Shown here: piece after piece, positions 12,721 through 25,900 of the stretch
Numbering within the stretch: position 1 is the stretch's first letter
How the letters are laid out: every line of letters starts with the position of its first letter
NCBI GenBank assembly: GCA_964016885.1
Contig: OZ024742.1
Span: 152,458,001-152,522,000 of the forward strand
Direction of reading: 5' to 3'
From: Eledone cirrhosa
Lineage: Eukaryota
Length of the DNA stretch: 64,000 bases
Made by a program: the position numbers and the translations under genes
Notes under the pieces: generated by a model
What the model was told of the DNA's origin: nothing
Databases searched by the model: none
The model's input: the letters and a program-made list of their open reading frames with translations, nothing else

Positions 12721-13821
12721 ATGTTCTCTTGCCAAGTAGGTCTTTGTGGGTCTCCCTTTGTTTTTTCATTTTCAATCCACATAATTGAGTGGTGACTTTA
12801 GCCGATGCATAGTATATATGATTTAGATCAGTAATGTTTAGTTTATTTGTGATGATAATGTTTTTGAGAGCTATGTTAGTCTTGTGTATTATTCTTTGGT
12901 TTTGTTTAGAGTTCTGGACCTTAGGGAGAGTGTCTCGTTCCGCCATGTCAGATTCTTTCATTTTCATCCATTCGATCATAATTTCATTCTTCAAGTTGGC
13001 GAGTTCATTCACATTCATTTCTTTATCATTGATGATCTCATTGTTTTCATTTTGAGTTTCATCTTGAGCATGCATTCCTTCCACTTGGTGATTCCGCCCC
13101 GACCCTGGGATTTAAGTGTTTCATTTTCCCTTCGCTGACTCTGCACTAATTGCTTGATCTGATCAATTTCTATGTCACTTAGTAACTTTTTCTTAACAAT
13201 ATTAGCTAGTTTGTTACTGTCAATATAGTCTCTGTTTTCGGGATGTTTCTTTTTCCAGTGGCTTTATGTCTGTTCTGTATTCGATCTATTTGATGGGTAG
13301 TACAAGGCAGTGTAGAAAGCCTCAAGGACTTCTTTATTGTCTTCCCTTGACCATTTTTCTCTCCTTTTCTTTGGATTTCTTGGTGGTGAGCATGGAGGGA
13401 CAACAGTAGGAGTATTCCAGTTATGGGAGGTCTCCAGCTCCGGATTCATGGGAAGGTTTGAACCATTAAGTGATTTTTCGACCCCAGTAAGGTTCATCTC
13501 TGAGGGACGCGGCCCTTTTTGACCTGAGTGACGGCTGATCCGGTATGAGTTTTTATCATTAACATTGTCTTTATTTTGTCTTTAAATGATTACCGCCAAG
13601 GGGTAATCATTTCGTGTTACCACTCCTACGATGAGTGTCAACCAAGACTAGCGGGTAGTCCTCCTCTAGAGACACAGCTATACACCGCCGGCCGCCATCC
13701 TGGAATTTTCTTGGTCACAGGGCTTGTTTTCTTTTTGCTTTTTAAATTGTTATTATCATGAGTGATCCCTTAATGTGAGCCCTGTTTGGCTATTATTATC
13801 ATTATTATTATTATTATTATT

Positions 13822-16800
13822 GAAGGTGAAGCCACGCTTCTTATCGGCTCTAGTATTTTTCAACATTTTACCTCGTTTTCAACCGTTCTTAACCTTTTAT
13901 TCAAGTTTTAGACTTGATAAAAGTTTAGAAGAAGTGACTCACCTAATACAGATGTTCACTCGTAAATAATACGGCACCCCTTTACGGGGTGTCGTATTAT
14001 GTAAAAATATTATTTGAAAAAAAAAAAATTTCTTTCAACATGGCTAACACAAGAAAGAGAGAGAGAGAGAGCGCTGTCAGACAACACAGAGAGAGGGAGA
14101 CCTTGTCAACATATCAACAAGACAGCGTTGTAGCGAAGGTAAATATAAAAGAAAATATTACGAAGGAAAAGTGGAATATCATTTTTAATGATATTGTTAC
14201 AGATTTAAAATTACCAAATATTTCTAACACAAACAACACCAACAATAACACCAACAACAACACCATCAATAACAACAGCAACAACAAAAAAACAATGGTT
14301 AGGTCGAGAACGACAATATCAATGACAAGAACAACAGCCACAAGGAACAGTATCAACAAATACAACAGTAATAACAACAGCCACAAGGAACAGTATCAAC
14401 AAATACAACAGTAATAACAACAGCCACAATAACAGTAACAACAGTAACAGTATCAACGAAAACAACAACAATGACAACAATAACAGCAACAACAGTACCA
14501 ACGAAAACATCAACAATAACATCGATACCTGTAACAGCGATCTCAGCACCACCAGCAAGACCAGTGGCGGCAGCAATAGTCGTGCCGCTGAAAAAGAGAC
14601 CACTTCTTTTGCAGTTGTGGCCAGAAATATCGAAACAGTGTTTATCACAGAGGAGGAGATGGCAGTCGCAAGGGCCATGGTGACAAGAAGCGCCAATAGA
14701 GTCTCCCTGAAACCTCCACCCGATTTGTTCAAGGACCAGCAGCTACGGACGGTGACTTACAGCACAGTAAACAAATTGTCACATCGGGTGGAGAGAGCCA
14801 CGGAGGCTCAAATCAAAAAGGCATTGGGGTGCGTCTGGGCGCGCAAAAGTCACATAACCCGAAGCATAAAGTATGCCACAGTGGACGAACCTTTCGCTAC
14901 CCCGCAAGACGCGAAGTCTCACACATTGGATACCCTAAAGAGTGAAGAGATAGTCTTGGTGCCATCCAAAGAGACCCAGGTCAACCATGCTACAAGTAGA
15001 GAAAATAGGGAGAGAGAACTCGTCAAGTATGGGCATGCAAATGCTTATACAAACTGACCAGGAGTGTATCGACGCTATCCCGGATATCATAGATATCGAG
15101 GAAGGACTCCAACCCCCTATAAGCGTGGAAGGAAGACGGCCAAAATGTTATCTCTGTCGGTCAAAGGGTCACCTCAGGGCCTTTTGCCCGCAGAAGACAG
15201 CGAACAAGAAGCCCCCCCCCCCTCCTTCGAATGCCTGGTCATCTGCTACCAAGAGCAGAGTAGGCAACACACGCAGAAGACCCTTCTACAGTGAATAGGA
15301 GGGAAACGTCCGTGGCGCCCGTACCAAGGCCACGGACAACTATAGCAGCAGCATCAGTAGCGGCAACACCAGTAGCTGCACCAGCAACAAAATCGCCGAA
15401 GAGGGCTCCACTACCACCACCATAAGCCATGGAGCAAATAATCCTCCCAGACGCCACGGAATCCGACATGGTGTCTGAGGCGGGAGTGAAGTGGCAAACG
15501 GTCTGCCACAAAAAAAAGAAAAAAAACCCTTAGCTTCACCCTCCAAAAGCGAAGGCAAACAAAGAGGGGTAAAGGCTGCAAGGCGACTCGCAGCAAGGCC
15601 ACCACCATCACCACCAACAACCACCACAGCACCACCACCGGCATCACCACAAACATCAACATCGCAAACACAACAAGACAAACATGCCCAACAGCAGCAA
15701 CAAGAAGACAGCAACAAAACCAAACCACCCCCAAAACATTACGCTGCCATAAACTTGGCAAATAAAGAACTCTTAGAACATATAAAGCAGCACACAGACA
15801 TTACGGATAAAAATGACTACACCCACCAACACCAAGAACTCTCCCGAAAAAATATAAGCATTATTGAAATTAAAATAGAACATTACAAACATTTAAAAGA
15901 AAAATTATTCAAAGCAGTTGGAGACTTCAGAGGGTCAGTTACCAAGAGGATATAAACCGACATCATATTGGAGACACCTACGACCAGCCAAAGGGACAGT
16001 TCGAGTGTCTCTCCTCCACACGATCAGGGTAGGTGATCCTTTCTCACTTACTCCATTCCTCACCGAACATGGCCTTACTTAGCATAGGCAGTATAAATGT
16101 ACGTGGCCTGGGGTCATCTTGGAAGCAGGGTAAGCTGCTCAACGACCTCAGGTCACTAAACATAGATGTGGTGGCCATCAGCCAGACCAGAATCTCCGAA
16201 GCACGAGCCTTCGCACCGATCTTCGGCGGCTACGATGTATACACATCTCCCAGCCGTCCGGGAGCGGGGGGCGGAGTTGCTGTGCTTTTTCGGAGAGGAT
16301 TGGGTCTCGCCATGCGGGCCATCTTCCTGGACCCAGAAGATAAGTCGGTGGTTCTGGGCGTGACCGGCAGCGAAGACAATGCTTTCAGGCTAGTAGCCGT
16401 CTACGCCCCAACAGGGACAGGACGGCCAGATTTCTTCAGACTTCTAGAGCCCTTTCTTGGAACGTTCCGCTCTTTAGTGTTAGTGGGTGACTGGAACGGT
16501 ATCTTAGATGCACGATGGGATCATGTGGGGCTAGCAAATAAGGGAGGAGGATGTAAAAGCCTAACCAACCTGCTCAGACGTTTTCAACTGTCTGACAGGT
16601 ATCGACTGGATTATCCGAATGTGCAAACCACAACGGGTGTTCCTGATCGTCTTCTAGATAGGGTATTGTGTAGGGAAACAGATAAGGTTAGCGTAGGTTG
16701 TCCACAATTTAAAGTAGTCGGCTTCTCGGACCACAAATTTGTGATCTGTAAAGTCGACTTAGATAGACTTCATAGGCAAGGACTTGGTTACTGGAAACTG

Positions 16801-17810
16801 AACTCGTTTTTCCCGGCGCGCAAAGCTTACAGAGACCGGATAAGCGAATTAGTTAAGCGTGCGTTGACGGATGCGATCGTCAACAACAGGTGGTGGTTTA
16901 CCATGAAAAGGGCAATTAGAGTAGAATCAATAAGCTTTAGAAAAGGAGTAAAGATAGAGGAAAATAGAGTAGAGGGAGAGCTAGTCAGAAAGCTAGAAGA
17001 GGCGTTTAGGACAGTCATCGCAACCGACGTGCTTGCGGCGAGATTGGCACTCGACCAATTCTTCAACGCAAAACACGAAGGATGCGTTGTCAGAGCTAGA
17101 GCGCGTGCGAAACACGAGGGGACAAAAGATGTCCAATGGGCCCGGGTGGCAGAGGCGCGACGTGGCAACAAATCGACAATTCGGTCTTTATCTGACTAAA
17201 ACGGGCGCGCGTTGCTTGAACCCGAGCTGATGTCCGAAGCTTTTCAGCAGCAGTTTGCTGAACTGTTCGGCAGCAGTGGTGGGCCGGATCGGGGTATGAA
17301 CTTCTGTGCAGCACAGTGTTGCAAAAAGCCAATAACAGCCGGTGAAATACGGGAAGCAATGGCTAAATGCACGAGGGGTAAATCACCAGGTTTGGATGGT
17401 CTGCCCTACGATCTTTATTCATTTATGCCAGACTTGTTCGGTGACCTCTTGCCAGACGTCTACTGCGACTGGCAGCAGAACGGGAGCATTCCCAGTTTTG
17501 CGAGCCGGGGAGCGGTGGCGCTGCTGAGAAAAGACCCGTACAATGGAGATGTTATCGATAACTTCAGGCCCATACCCCTGCTAAACGCAGAGTTCAAGAT
17601 TTTGGCCAAGGTGTTAGCAACGAGGTTTGCGCTTGTCGTCAAGGGTCTGGTGGGAGAGGCGTAGACATGCGCCATTCCGAACAGATCCATACACGACAAA
17701 CACCACCTCATGCGATACATCATATAGAGGGTGGTTAAGGAACCTGGCACGGGTGGGGCCCTGATCAACTTGGATCGATCTAAAGCATTCGATAGGGTCG
17801 ACCATCGGTA
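13822..17810 (+). mobile_element. Tx1-clade LINE copy 2 (ORF1 + ORF2 up to early RT, then broken)
   Basis: ORF1 with an Asn-rich tract and CYLCRSKGHLRAFCP knuckle; ORF2 ATG at 16069; APE ORF 16033-17199; the RT stops abruptly at AFDRVDHRY. Confidence 0.85.
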
Positions 17811-20800
17811 CACATAGACAAAACAATAAACGCACACACAGACACAGAGACACTCTCAGCCACAGACCCTTTGTCTTCCAGCAGCGAAGATGGAGGAAAA
17901 CCCAAAAGTGCAAAAAAATACAGAAAACTTAAAAAAAAAAAAGCCCTAACAACACACAAAAACATACACAACAAAAAATACAGACACCACTAACGCAAAC
18001 ACTTCCCCAATAACATCAGCACCAACAGCAACATCGACACCACCCCCACAATGCCCGAAACGCAAACAACCTAAACAAACACAAGTACAAATAAACACAC
18101 AAATACCTGAAATTGCAGACACCACACCTACAAAAAATACAGACATACCCGAAACAACACCACCAAAACCATCACCACCACAGTCACCAAAGCGAAAACT
18201 AATAAAACCACACCAACACAATATTAAAAACTTCGTGCTTGTCAGAAGGGCCAACGATAAACTGATGGCCCTCTTAGCACGAAGAGACGACATTCAAACA
18301 GAGGGGGAGATCTTTGAAATGAGAAACATTTTGCGTGCCAGAAGATTTGCTTCTGGTCCGAATGTCACTTGATTCCGTCAAAGAAATTCGGGAGGGCTTT
18401 CCTCAAAGGGTGCGAACCCCGAATGTGAAACCCACATCGAAACTTTTAAAGGGGCTCCCAAAAGAAATCCCACCAACCATGAAGGTCGAACCACCCGACC
18501 TTCACAAGATCCCAGGAGGTAAGTAAACCTTCCCTCTCTCTTTTAGATTGCCAACATGGCCATATTAAGAGGAAGAAGTTTAAATGTTTGCGGCCTGGGA
18601 TCACCCTGGATGCAGGGTCGCCTGCTCAACGACCTCAGGTCGCTGGAATTAGATCTGATTTCTTTCAGCGAGACCATAATTTCCGACACGCGCGCACTAG
18701 CCACCATTTTCGACGACTATCAGAACTTCGCATCTGTTAGCAGGCCGGGAATGGGAGGTGGGGTGGCAGTGCTGTTTAGGAAAGGACTGGATCTCGAGGT
18801 AAGGTCGATCTTCCGGGACCCGGACGGTAAGTTAGTTGTCTTGGATGTGAGCAGTAGCGAAGGTGGTGCCTTTAGACTGCTGGCCATCTACGCCCCTACA
18901 AGGGCCGGAGGACCGGATTTATTTAGGCGCCTGGAGATCTTCCTGGATACGTCTCGCCCTTTACTGTTAGCGGTGGACTGGAACGGCATCTTAGACGCAC
19001 GCTGGGATTGTGTGGATGTAGCTGATAGGAGCGGAGGGTGCAAAAGCCTCTAGTACCTAATCAGCCAGTTCCAACTGTCTGACAGGTATCGACTTGATTT
19101 CCCCAAGATTTCCGCCAGTGTGGACATGGACCAACCGCACAGTGTCATCTAGATCGTATATAGACAGGATCTTCATTAGGAAAATACATAGAAATAGTGT
19201 ACGCTGCCCACTTTTTAAAACGGTCGCCTATTCAGGTCACAAGTTTGTGATCTGTATGGTCGACCTAGATAAAACGCATAAGTTGGGACCGGGTTACTGG
19301 AAGCTGAACATGTCATTTCCGGCACCTACGGCTTACAGGGACCAAGTCAATAATTTAGTTAAGCAAAAGTTGACAGGGGGTATCATCAACAACAGATGGT
19401 GGGAGCTCTCAAAAGAGAGATTAGAGTAACTTCGATAGCGTTCAGCAATAGAAAGGAGGGCGAGCTGGTAGATAAGTTAGACGAGGTTATTTGTAGTGGC
19501 ATTGCAACTGACGTGCTAGCGGCGAGAATGGCATTAGACCATTTCTTCAATGCGAAACAGGAAGGTGTCAGAGCTAAGGCGCGTGCGCTGAGAAACGAGG
19601 GAACCAAAGTTTTTCGATGGGCCCACGTGGCGGAGGCGCATCGTGGTAATAAAACCACAATTTGGTCTTTGGCGGACCGAAACGGACACGAGATAAGCGA
19701 TTCCAAGCGGATGTTAGAGGCCTTTAGCCAGCACTTAGCTCGGTTGTTCGGGGAGAGTGGCGAGTCGGAGAGAGTAGCGGATTTCAGTCCCTACCTCGAC
19801 TGCTTGGCTGCGCATCACGACGGCCGACGCTGAGCGCTGCGAACGGCCGATTACTTCAGCCGAAATTCAGGACGCCCTTGAGGCTGCATGAGGCGCAAGT
19901 CACCCGGTTTGGATGGCCTGCCTTACGACCTTTACCTAAATATTCCAGACTTGTTCTCCGATCTCCTCGAAGTACTCTACTGCAACTGACAGCAGAATGG
20001 GAGTATTCCCAGTTCTGCGAGCAGGGGAGGGATGACGCTGATAAGGAAAGACGAGAACAAGAGGGATACATTAGACAACTTCCGGCCCATAACTGCTCAA
20101 CACAGAGTTTAAGATTTTGGCCAAGTTGTTAGCAAAGAGATTGGCGCTTGTCGACGAGAATTTGGTTGGGGAGGCGCAAACTTGCGCAATACCAGCCAGG
20201 TCCATGCACGACAATCTCCACCTCATGCGATACAGCATAGAGAGGGTGGGGTGTAAACCTGGCTTCGGTGGGGAACTGATCTATTTAGATCAATCAAAAG
20301 CATTCGATAGGGTCGACCATCGGTATCTGGAGTTTGTCTTCAAAGCGACTGGCTTCGGACCTGTCTTCAGAAGCTGTATCGCTGCTATGCACAGCGGCAC
20401 AAGCTTGGTGGTCAAGATTATTGGCCACCTCTCGGAACCATTTCCGCTCTCCCGATCGGTCCGTCAAGGGTGCCCTCTCTCTTCCCTTCTGTATGTATTG
20501 ACTCTCGAGCCTTTACTGCGGAAGCTGGAGCTGTTGCAGGGCATCCCGCTCGAACCGGGACGTGGAAAGTCGGTGCGACTTATGCGGACGACATCACCGT
20601 AATGGTGTCGGACACCTGTCCGCGCCTCGTCAAGTTGGAACGGCTCTTCTTCAAATTCTTGTGGAGTGGACAAGTTCCGTTGGTGAGGCGGCCCATCTGC
20701 TGCCAGCACCCTCTACGCAGAGTGCTAGGCATACCGTGGCTAATGATGCGCAGACATGCGTTGAGGCTGCGACATCTCCAGATATTCTGCCTAAACGGTG

Positions 20801-21830
20801 AACAGCTGCAGTCCTGGGTCAAGAAGCGACCGAGACTGGGTGACTGGCACCTGGAATGTTGCCAGGCACTCACTGCCCTCTAGCAAGTGGGCAATGCGAT
20901 CAGTGGAACTTCCACTCTCGAGGTCTATAGAGGATTAGTGGTGGGCAAGTGCGATGACGCACTCGGAGAAGCTTTGGGCCTCGACGAAGTCGAACTGACC
21001 AGTCTGTACCGGAGGAATTTCGAGACGGGGACGATGAACAATTTCCAGAAATCCCTCGCTTGGCAGTGCTAGCGGGGGGCACTGCAGGTTCGGGATAAAC
21101 TCAACAGCCACGGAAGTGCTGTCAGACGGCCCATCCCAAGATGCGCACAGAACGACGAAACCGTTCTGCACGCACTTGTCCAATGTCTGTGCATTACTGA
21201 CTTGTGGAGTTATGTCGAACAGCTACTGTCGCGTGTGGAACGAATCCGGCTATGGGCCGAGTCCATAGTGAAGATCGACCCGCCACCTTCCTTAGGTCAG
21301 GAAGAGCAGCACATTTTCCTCTGTCTGGTGGAAGTTGCGAAAGTGTTTACATGGTGGACGAGAATAAAAGGACTGAAGACAGACACTTTTCTCTTCGGAC
21401 AATCCCTCATCAACTTCTTCAAGTTAAACCTGGAAAGGGGGGTGAGGGTGGAGAGAGAAGCCCCCCCCCTCCGCGAGTACATTTGATAAAAGGTGGATGA
21501 ATGTGGCAAGAATGGCCCGTGTTAATGGGCCTACTCTGACCATGCGCCTATAGGCTAGCTAACTTGAGGAGAGGGTGATCTCCCTGGGTGCCCTAGAAGC
21601 GTAGGGTGGTTCAGGTTTGGTGGGGTACTTGAGTCACCCCAGGGTGTCCACCCCCTGTCGGGGAATTAATTTTGTTATATTTATGCATAGTTTATTTTAT
21701 ATTTTTCATATCTTCATTGTTAAATTAGTCTTGCCATTGTGCACTTTTACTCGACCTTATTGTAAACCCCACTGTCCCTGTCGTTGTGTTGTCCCCTACA
21801 TGTCGGCACTTGTGGCTAATAAATGAAATC
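17811..21830 (+). mobile_element. Tx1-clade LINE copy 3, different subfamily, 5'-truncated within ORF1, with internal deletions
   Basis: ORF1 C-terminus to 18526; ORF2 ATG at 18556; RQGCPLS and YADD near 20460-20590; deletions near 20615 and 20805; stop TAG at 21551-21553; AATAAA at ~21818. Confidence 0.83.
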
Positions 21831-21835
21831 ATTAT

Positions 21836-22036
21836 GGCGGTGGATTGGCAGTATTGGTAGAGGATCGGACGCCATGCTTTCCAGCATAGTTACGTCCCCT
21901 TACGATCTGAATTCAAATTCCGCCGCGGTTGACTTTGCCTTTCATCCTTACGGGGTAGATATAATAAAGTACCAGTAATGCACTGGGTAATTGCTGGCCT
22001 TGTGCCTAAAATAGAAACAATTATTATTATTATTAT
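21836..22036 (+). mobile_element. tRNA-derived SINE with a Meta/MESC-like central domain and (TTA)n tail
   Basis: A-box TGGCAGTATTGG; B-box-like AATTCAAATTCC; core GACTTTGCCTTTCATCCTTACGGGG; second copy at 27501. Confidence 0.8.
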
Positions 22037-22890
22037 GTCCCTCCGAAGTCTCCCCCCTATTGGGGAATTTTTTATTGTTATTTTTATTACATCCTCTGCT
22101 TTTGATTTTACACGCAGAAATGCCCATTTGTACCGTCCTGTATTGTCCTGTACTATCCTTAATGTCTACTTTATGTAAACCCTTGTGGATAAACTCTACA
22201 GGCATGGAGGTGCCGTCAGCCGGGCATGTCCGAGATGCGCGCAGGGCGACGAAACCGTCCTGCACGCATTCGTCCAGTGTCCAAAAATTGCTGACTTGTG
22301 GGTTTATGTCGAACATCTGCTGTCGCGTGTAGGACGGATCCGGCTATCATCTGAGTCCATCGTGAGGATTGCCCCGCCCTCTTCCTTTAGCCGGGAAGAG
22401 CAGGCAGTTTTTATATGTCTGGTGGCCATGGCGAAAGAGATAGTATGGTGGACACGTTTGAAAGGGCTGAAGACGAGCACTTACCTCTTTGGGGATGCCC
22501 TGATTAACTTTTTCAAATTTCATTTGAAAAGGCAAATCAGGGTAGAGAGGGAAGTGCTCTCTTCCCAGTGTTTTGTTGTAAGATGGGTGAGAAAAGCAAG
22601 TATGGCCCGAGTAAATGGGCCTACTCTGAGTATGTATCTGTAAATTAAAGGGGGAAAACTGGGAGAGGGCACTTGCCCTGGTGGTCAGGGTCACTGTGGC
22701 CTTTTAATGGGCTTTCCCCACAAATGTTCCTCGGAAGTCTCCCTCCTATTGGGGAATTTTTCATTGTTATATTTTTTATTACATCCTCTGTTTTTTTACA
22801 CGCAGAAATGCCCATTTGTACCGTCCTGTATTGTCCTGTACTGTCCTTAATGTCTACTTTATGTAAACCTTTGTGGTTAATAAAGAAAAC
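22037..22890 (+). mobile_element. Tx1 family-1 3' fragments (partial 3' UTR fused to ORF2 C-terminus + full 3' UTR)
   Basis: 22037-22187 matches the 3' UTR at 9107-9252; 22185-22643 encodes CPRC..ETVLH...LSMYL*, matching 8565-9021; (TTA)n tail. Confidence 0.85.
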
Positions 22891-22920
22891 ATTATTATTA
22901 TTATTATTATTATTATTGTT

Positions 22921-25900
22921 GTTATTCCTTGAATCTCAGTCATTGATGTTGGTTAACTGGAAAGTCCGTTGGATTGAATATCAAGCCACTACCTGCAGCC
23001 TCAGATATTCAGGACGTATCGGAGCGTTCTTGCTGTTCCAAGCAAGCATGCCTTTTGAAGCGTTCCAAAAATCGTGAAGGGGCCGATTTTCTTTAACCAT
23101 CCCTGGAATCTTTTGGAGATAGTCCCCAGTGCGCCTATGACAATCGGGATCACTTTGACTTCATGGCAGTTCCAAATCCTTTTCACCTCCCACTTTAGGT
23201 CCTGGTATCGGTTAATTTTCTCCCTCTCCTTCTCTTGCACTCTCGTGTCGAACGGGCAGGCTACATCCACAATCAGACACGATCTTTTTTCTGTGTCCAC
23301 AACCACCAGGTTAGGTATATTGTGTTCCAGTTTTTTGTCCGTCTGTATCCTAAAATCCCACAGCACCTTCACCTGATTGTTCTCCATCACCGCCTCTGGC
23401 CTATGCTCATAACATTTCTCAGAATGTGGTAAATTGTTTACTTTGCACAGGTGCCAGTGGTTCACCCTGCCCATCACATCGTGTCTCCAGCCCTTATAGT
23501 GGGTCTGGGCTAGGTGTTTACACTCGGACACAATGTTAGCCACAGTCTCCTCTCTCTCTCCACAGATCCTACACAGTGGGCTAGCCTCCTCCTTGTAAAT
23601 ATGGTGCTTCAACCACTTCGTTTTGAGGGCCTGCTCCTGCGCAGCCATTAGCATTCCTTCTGTAGCCTTTTTGAGGTCTCCTCTTCTCAACCAGTTCCAT
23701 GTCTGTGGATCTCTAAATTCAGTTTTCTCAAAGAAGGTACTATGAAGGGATTTTCCCTTAAGGCTGCTCTTCCTCCTTGATGTTATTTCCTCCTTGGACA
23801 TCCCCTGGCCTACTGCCCCCTCCTTCAGTACAGCTCTGAGCATTGGCTCCTTACTATAGGTCACGTATTTGTATAGGTTGTTTTTCTCCATCTGAACACA
23901 GTCCTCTATGCTGATAAGACCTCTTCCACCCTCAGATCTCCTTAGGTAGAGTCTATCGACATCACTCCTCTTGTGGAACATGTTGTAGATAGTCAATAGC
24001 TTCCTAGTCTTCCTATCCATTTCTTTTTGTTCAGCAACATTCCATCTCAGAATTCCCGCACTGTACACAATAATAGACACAGCTCGGCAATTTACTGCGC
24101 TTATGGCATTTCTGCTGTTCAGATGTAATTCAATACGCTCCTTACTCTCCGAATGTATTCAGTTCTTAACAATTACTTCATTTTTTTGTTCTTTATGCCA
24201 TCAGCCTCCAGAACGCCCAAATACTTGTATCCTTCCTCAGAGTCAATTTCCTTTATCATCTCACCTTTTGGTATCTGGATCCCGTTACTTCTGCTCAACC
24301 TACCCCTCCTCATCACAATGACTCCACATTTACCAATACCAAACTGCACACATATATCACTGCTGAAAATACGGACAGTGTCAACAAGCACATCCAACTC
24401 CTTCTCACTTTTCCCGAAGAGCTTAAGATCGTCCATGAAGAGGAGGTGATTGATGGTAAGCTCTCCCCTTCCCAACTTGTATCCTGCTCTCACTTTTCGC
24501 AGCATGATGGTCAAGGGCATCAGGGCAAGGACAAACAACAGAGGGGACAGGCTATCTCCCTGGAAGATACCTCTCTTGATCTTCACGCTTTTCAAGGATA
24601 CTCCAGTTGATGTCAACTCTGTCTCCCAGGACCCCATACTCCTGCCCAGCAACTGTCTGATGTTATCTGACACCCTGAAGATCTCCAGGCTTTTGGTGAT
24701 CCAAGAATGAGGCACCATGTCAAATGCCTTTCTGTAGTCTATCCATCCCATGGCAAGATCAGTGTGTCTCCTCCTGCAATTCCCCATTACCATCTTATCA
24801 ATAAGTAACTGGTCCTTTGTACCACGTGACTTCTTTCGGCATCCTTTCTGTTCGTCCGGTAACAAGTTGTTGTGTGGAGGTGATGGTAGATTTCCTCAGA
24901 CACAATACTCGTCAACAGTTTCCACATTACGGACAGACATGTGATAGGTCTATAGTTGGTAACATCATTACCCTTGATTCGGTCTTTCATTATCAGAACT
25001 GTGGTACCTTTTGTCAACCACTCTGGCACCTCACCCGACACCAAGCAGTCATTGAACATGGCCGTCAGCTTCGGGTGGAGGGATGTTAAATGTTTAATCC
25101 AATACCCCTGCACACCATCTGGGCCTGGTGATTTCCAGTTGGTTAGTTTTTTGGCCTGCCCCTTAAGAGTTTCAACTGTGATACTCAAATCAGTCTGTTG
25201 TTGTGCCTGCTCACCGATCTCCCTCTGTACTGTCTCAATCCACCCTGCCTGGACATTATGTCTAACATCCTGCTCCCATATTCCTCTCCAGAATGTTTTA
25301 GTTTGCTCCGCCCCAGGGATCAAGACGTTGCCTCTTTCTTTCCCCTCAAACTGTCCAAACAGCATCTTCTGGTTGTTGTCGAACATGCGGTTCTGTTTAT
25401 ACTGACTGACTCTGTTCTCGTATCGCCTGATTTTTGCACTCTTTGCTACAAAGCGTTGCTTCAGTTCCTCTATGATAATATTTAGCTTTTTCCTACTAGT
25501 TTTGTATTTTATTTCCAGTCTATTTTTAGTGCCTTTGTTTTTTAGTGTCCGATTCAGTAGTGACTCAAGCTTTCCTATGTCATTTCTCATTTCCCCGATT
25601 TGCCCACTCAGTCGCTTCTTCCACCATGGCTCTGCTCTTTCTTGTCTGTTGTTTCCTCTCGCTTTTATACCAAGTAGTTTCCTCACCGTATTTGCTGTTG
25701 CTTTGAGGATATTGTTGCACTGGTGAAGGCTCCTCGCCTCAAGGTATGGGATGATTTTGTTTACCTTAGCTGTTGTTTCTTTTAACTTTTTCCTGTCTAC
25801 AAATCTTAGGTTCATAGGTCTCCCACTATCATTGTTCAATTCATCTACCACTAAATTTAGGATGTCAACCGAATCTTCTCCTAGCCCGTCAGCATTCATC

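Larger units (their letters stand above)
10600..13790 (-). mobile_element. R4/Dong-clade element, family 2 (5' part through RT; 3' part absent; two internal insertions)
   Basis: RT motifs [34 protein letters not shown] and YKYLG; N-terminal KWSREDN; clearly divergent from family 1; bounded by (TTA)n at both ends. Confidence 0.82.

Noticed and set aside
21836-21930. tRNA gene
   Set aside because: A and B boxes are present, but there is no cloverleaf and the sequence continues into a SINE core and tail.
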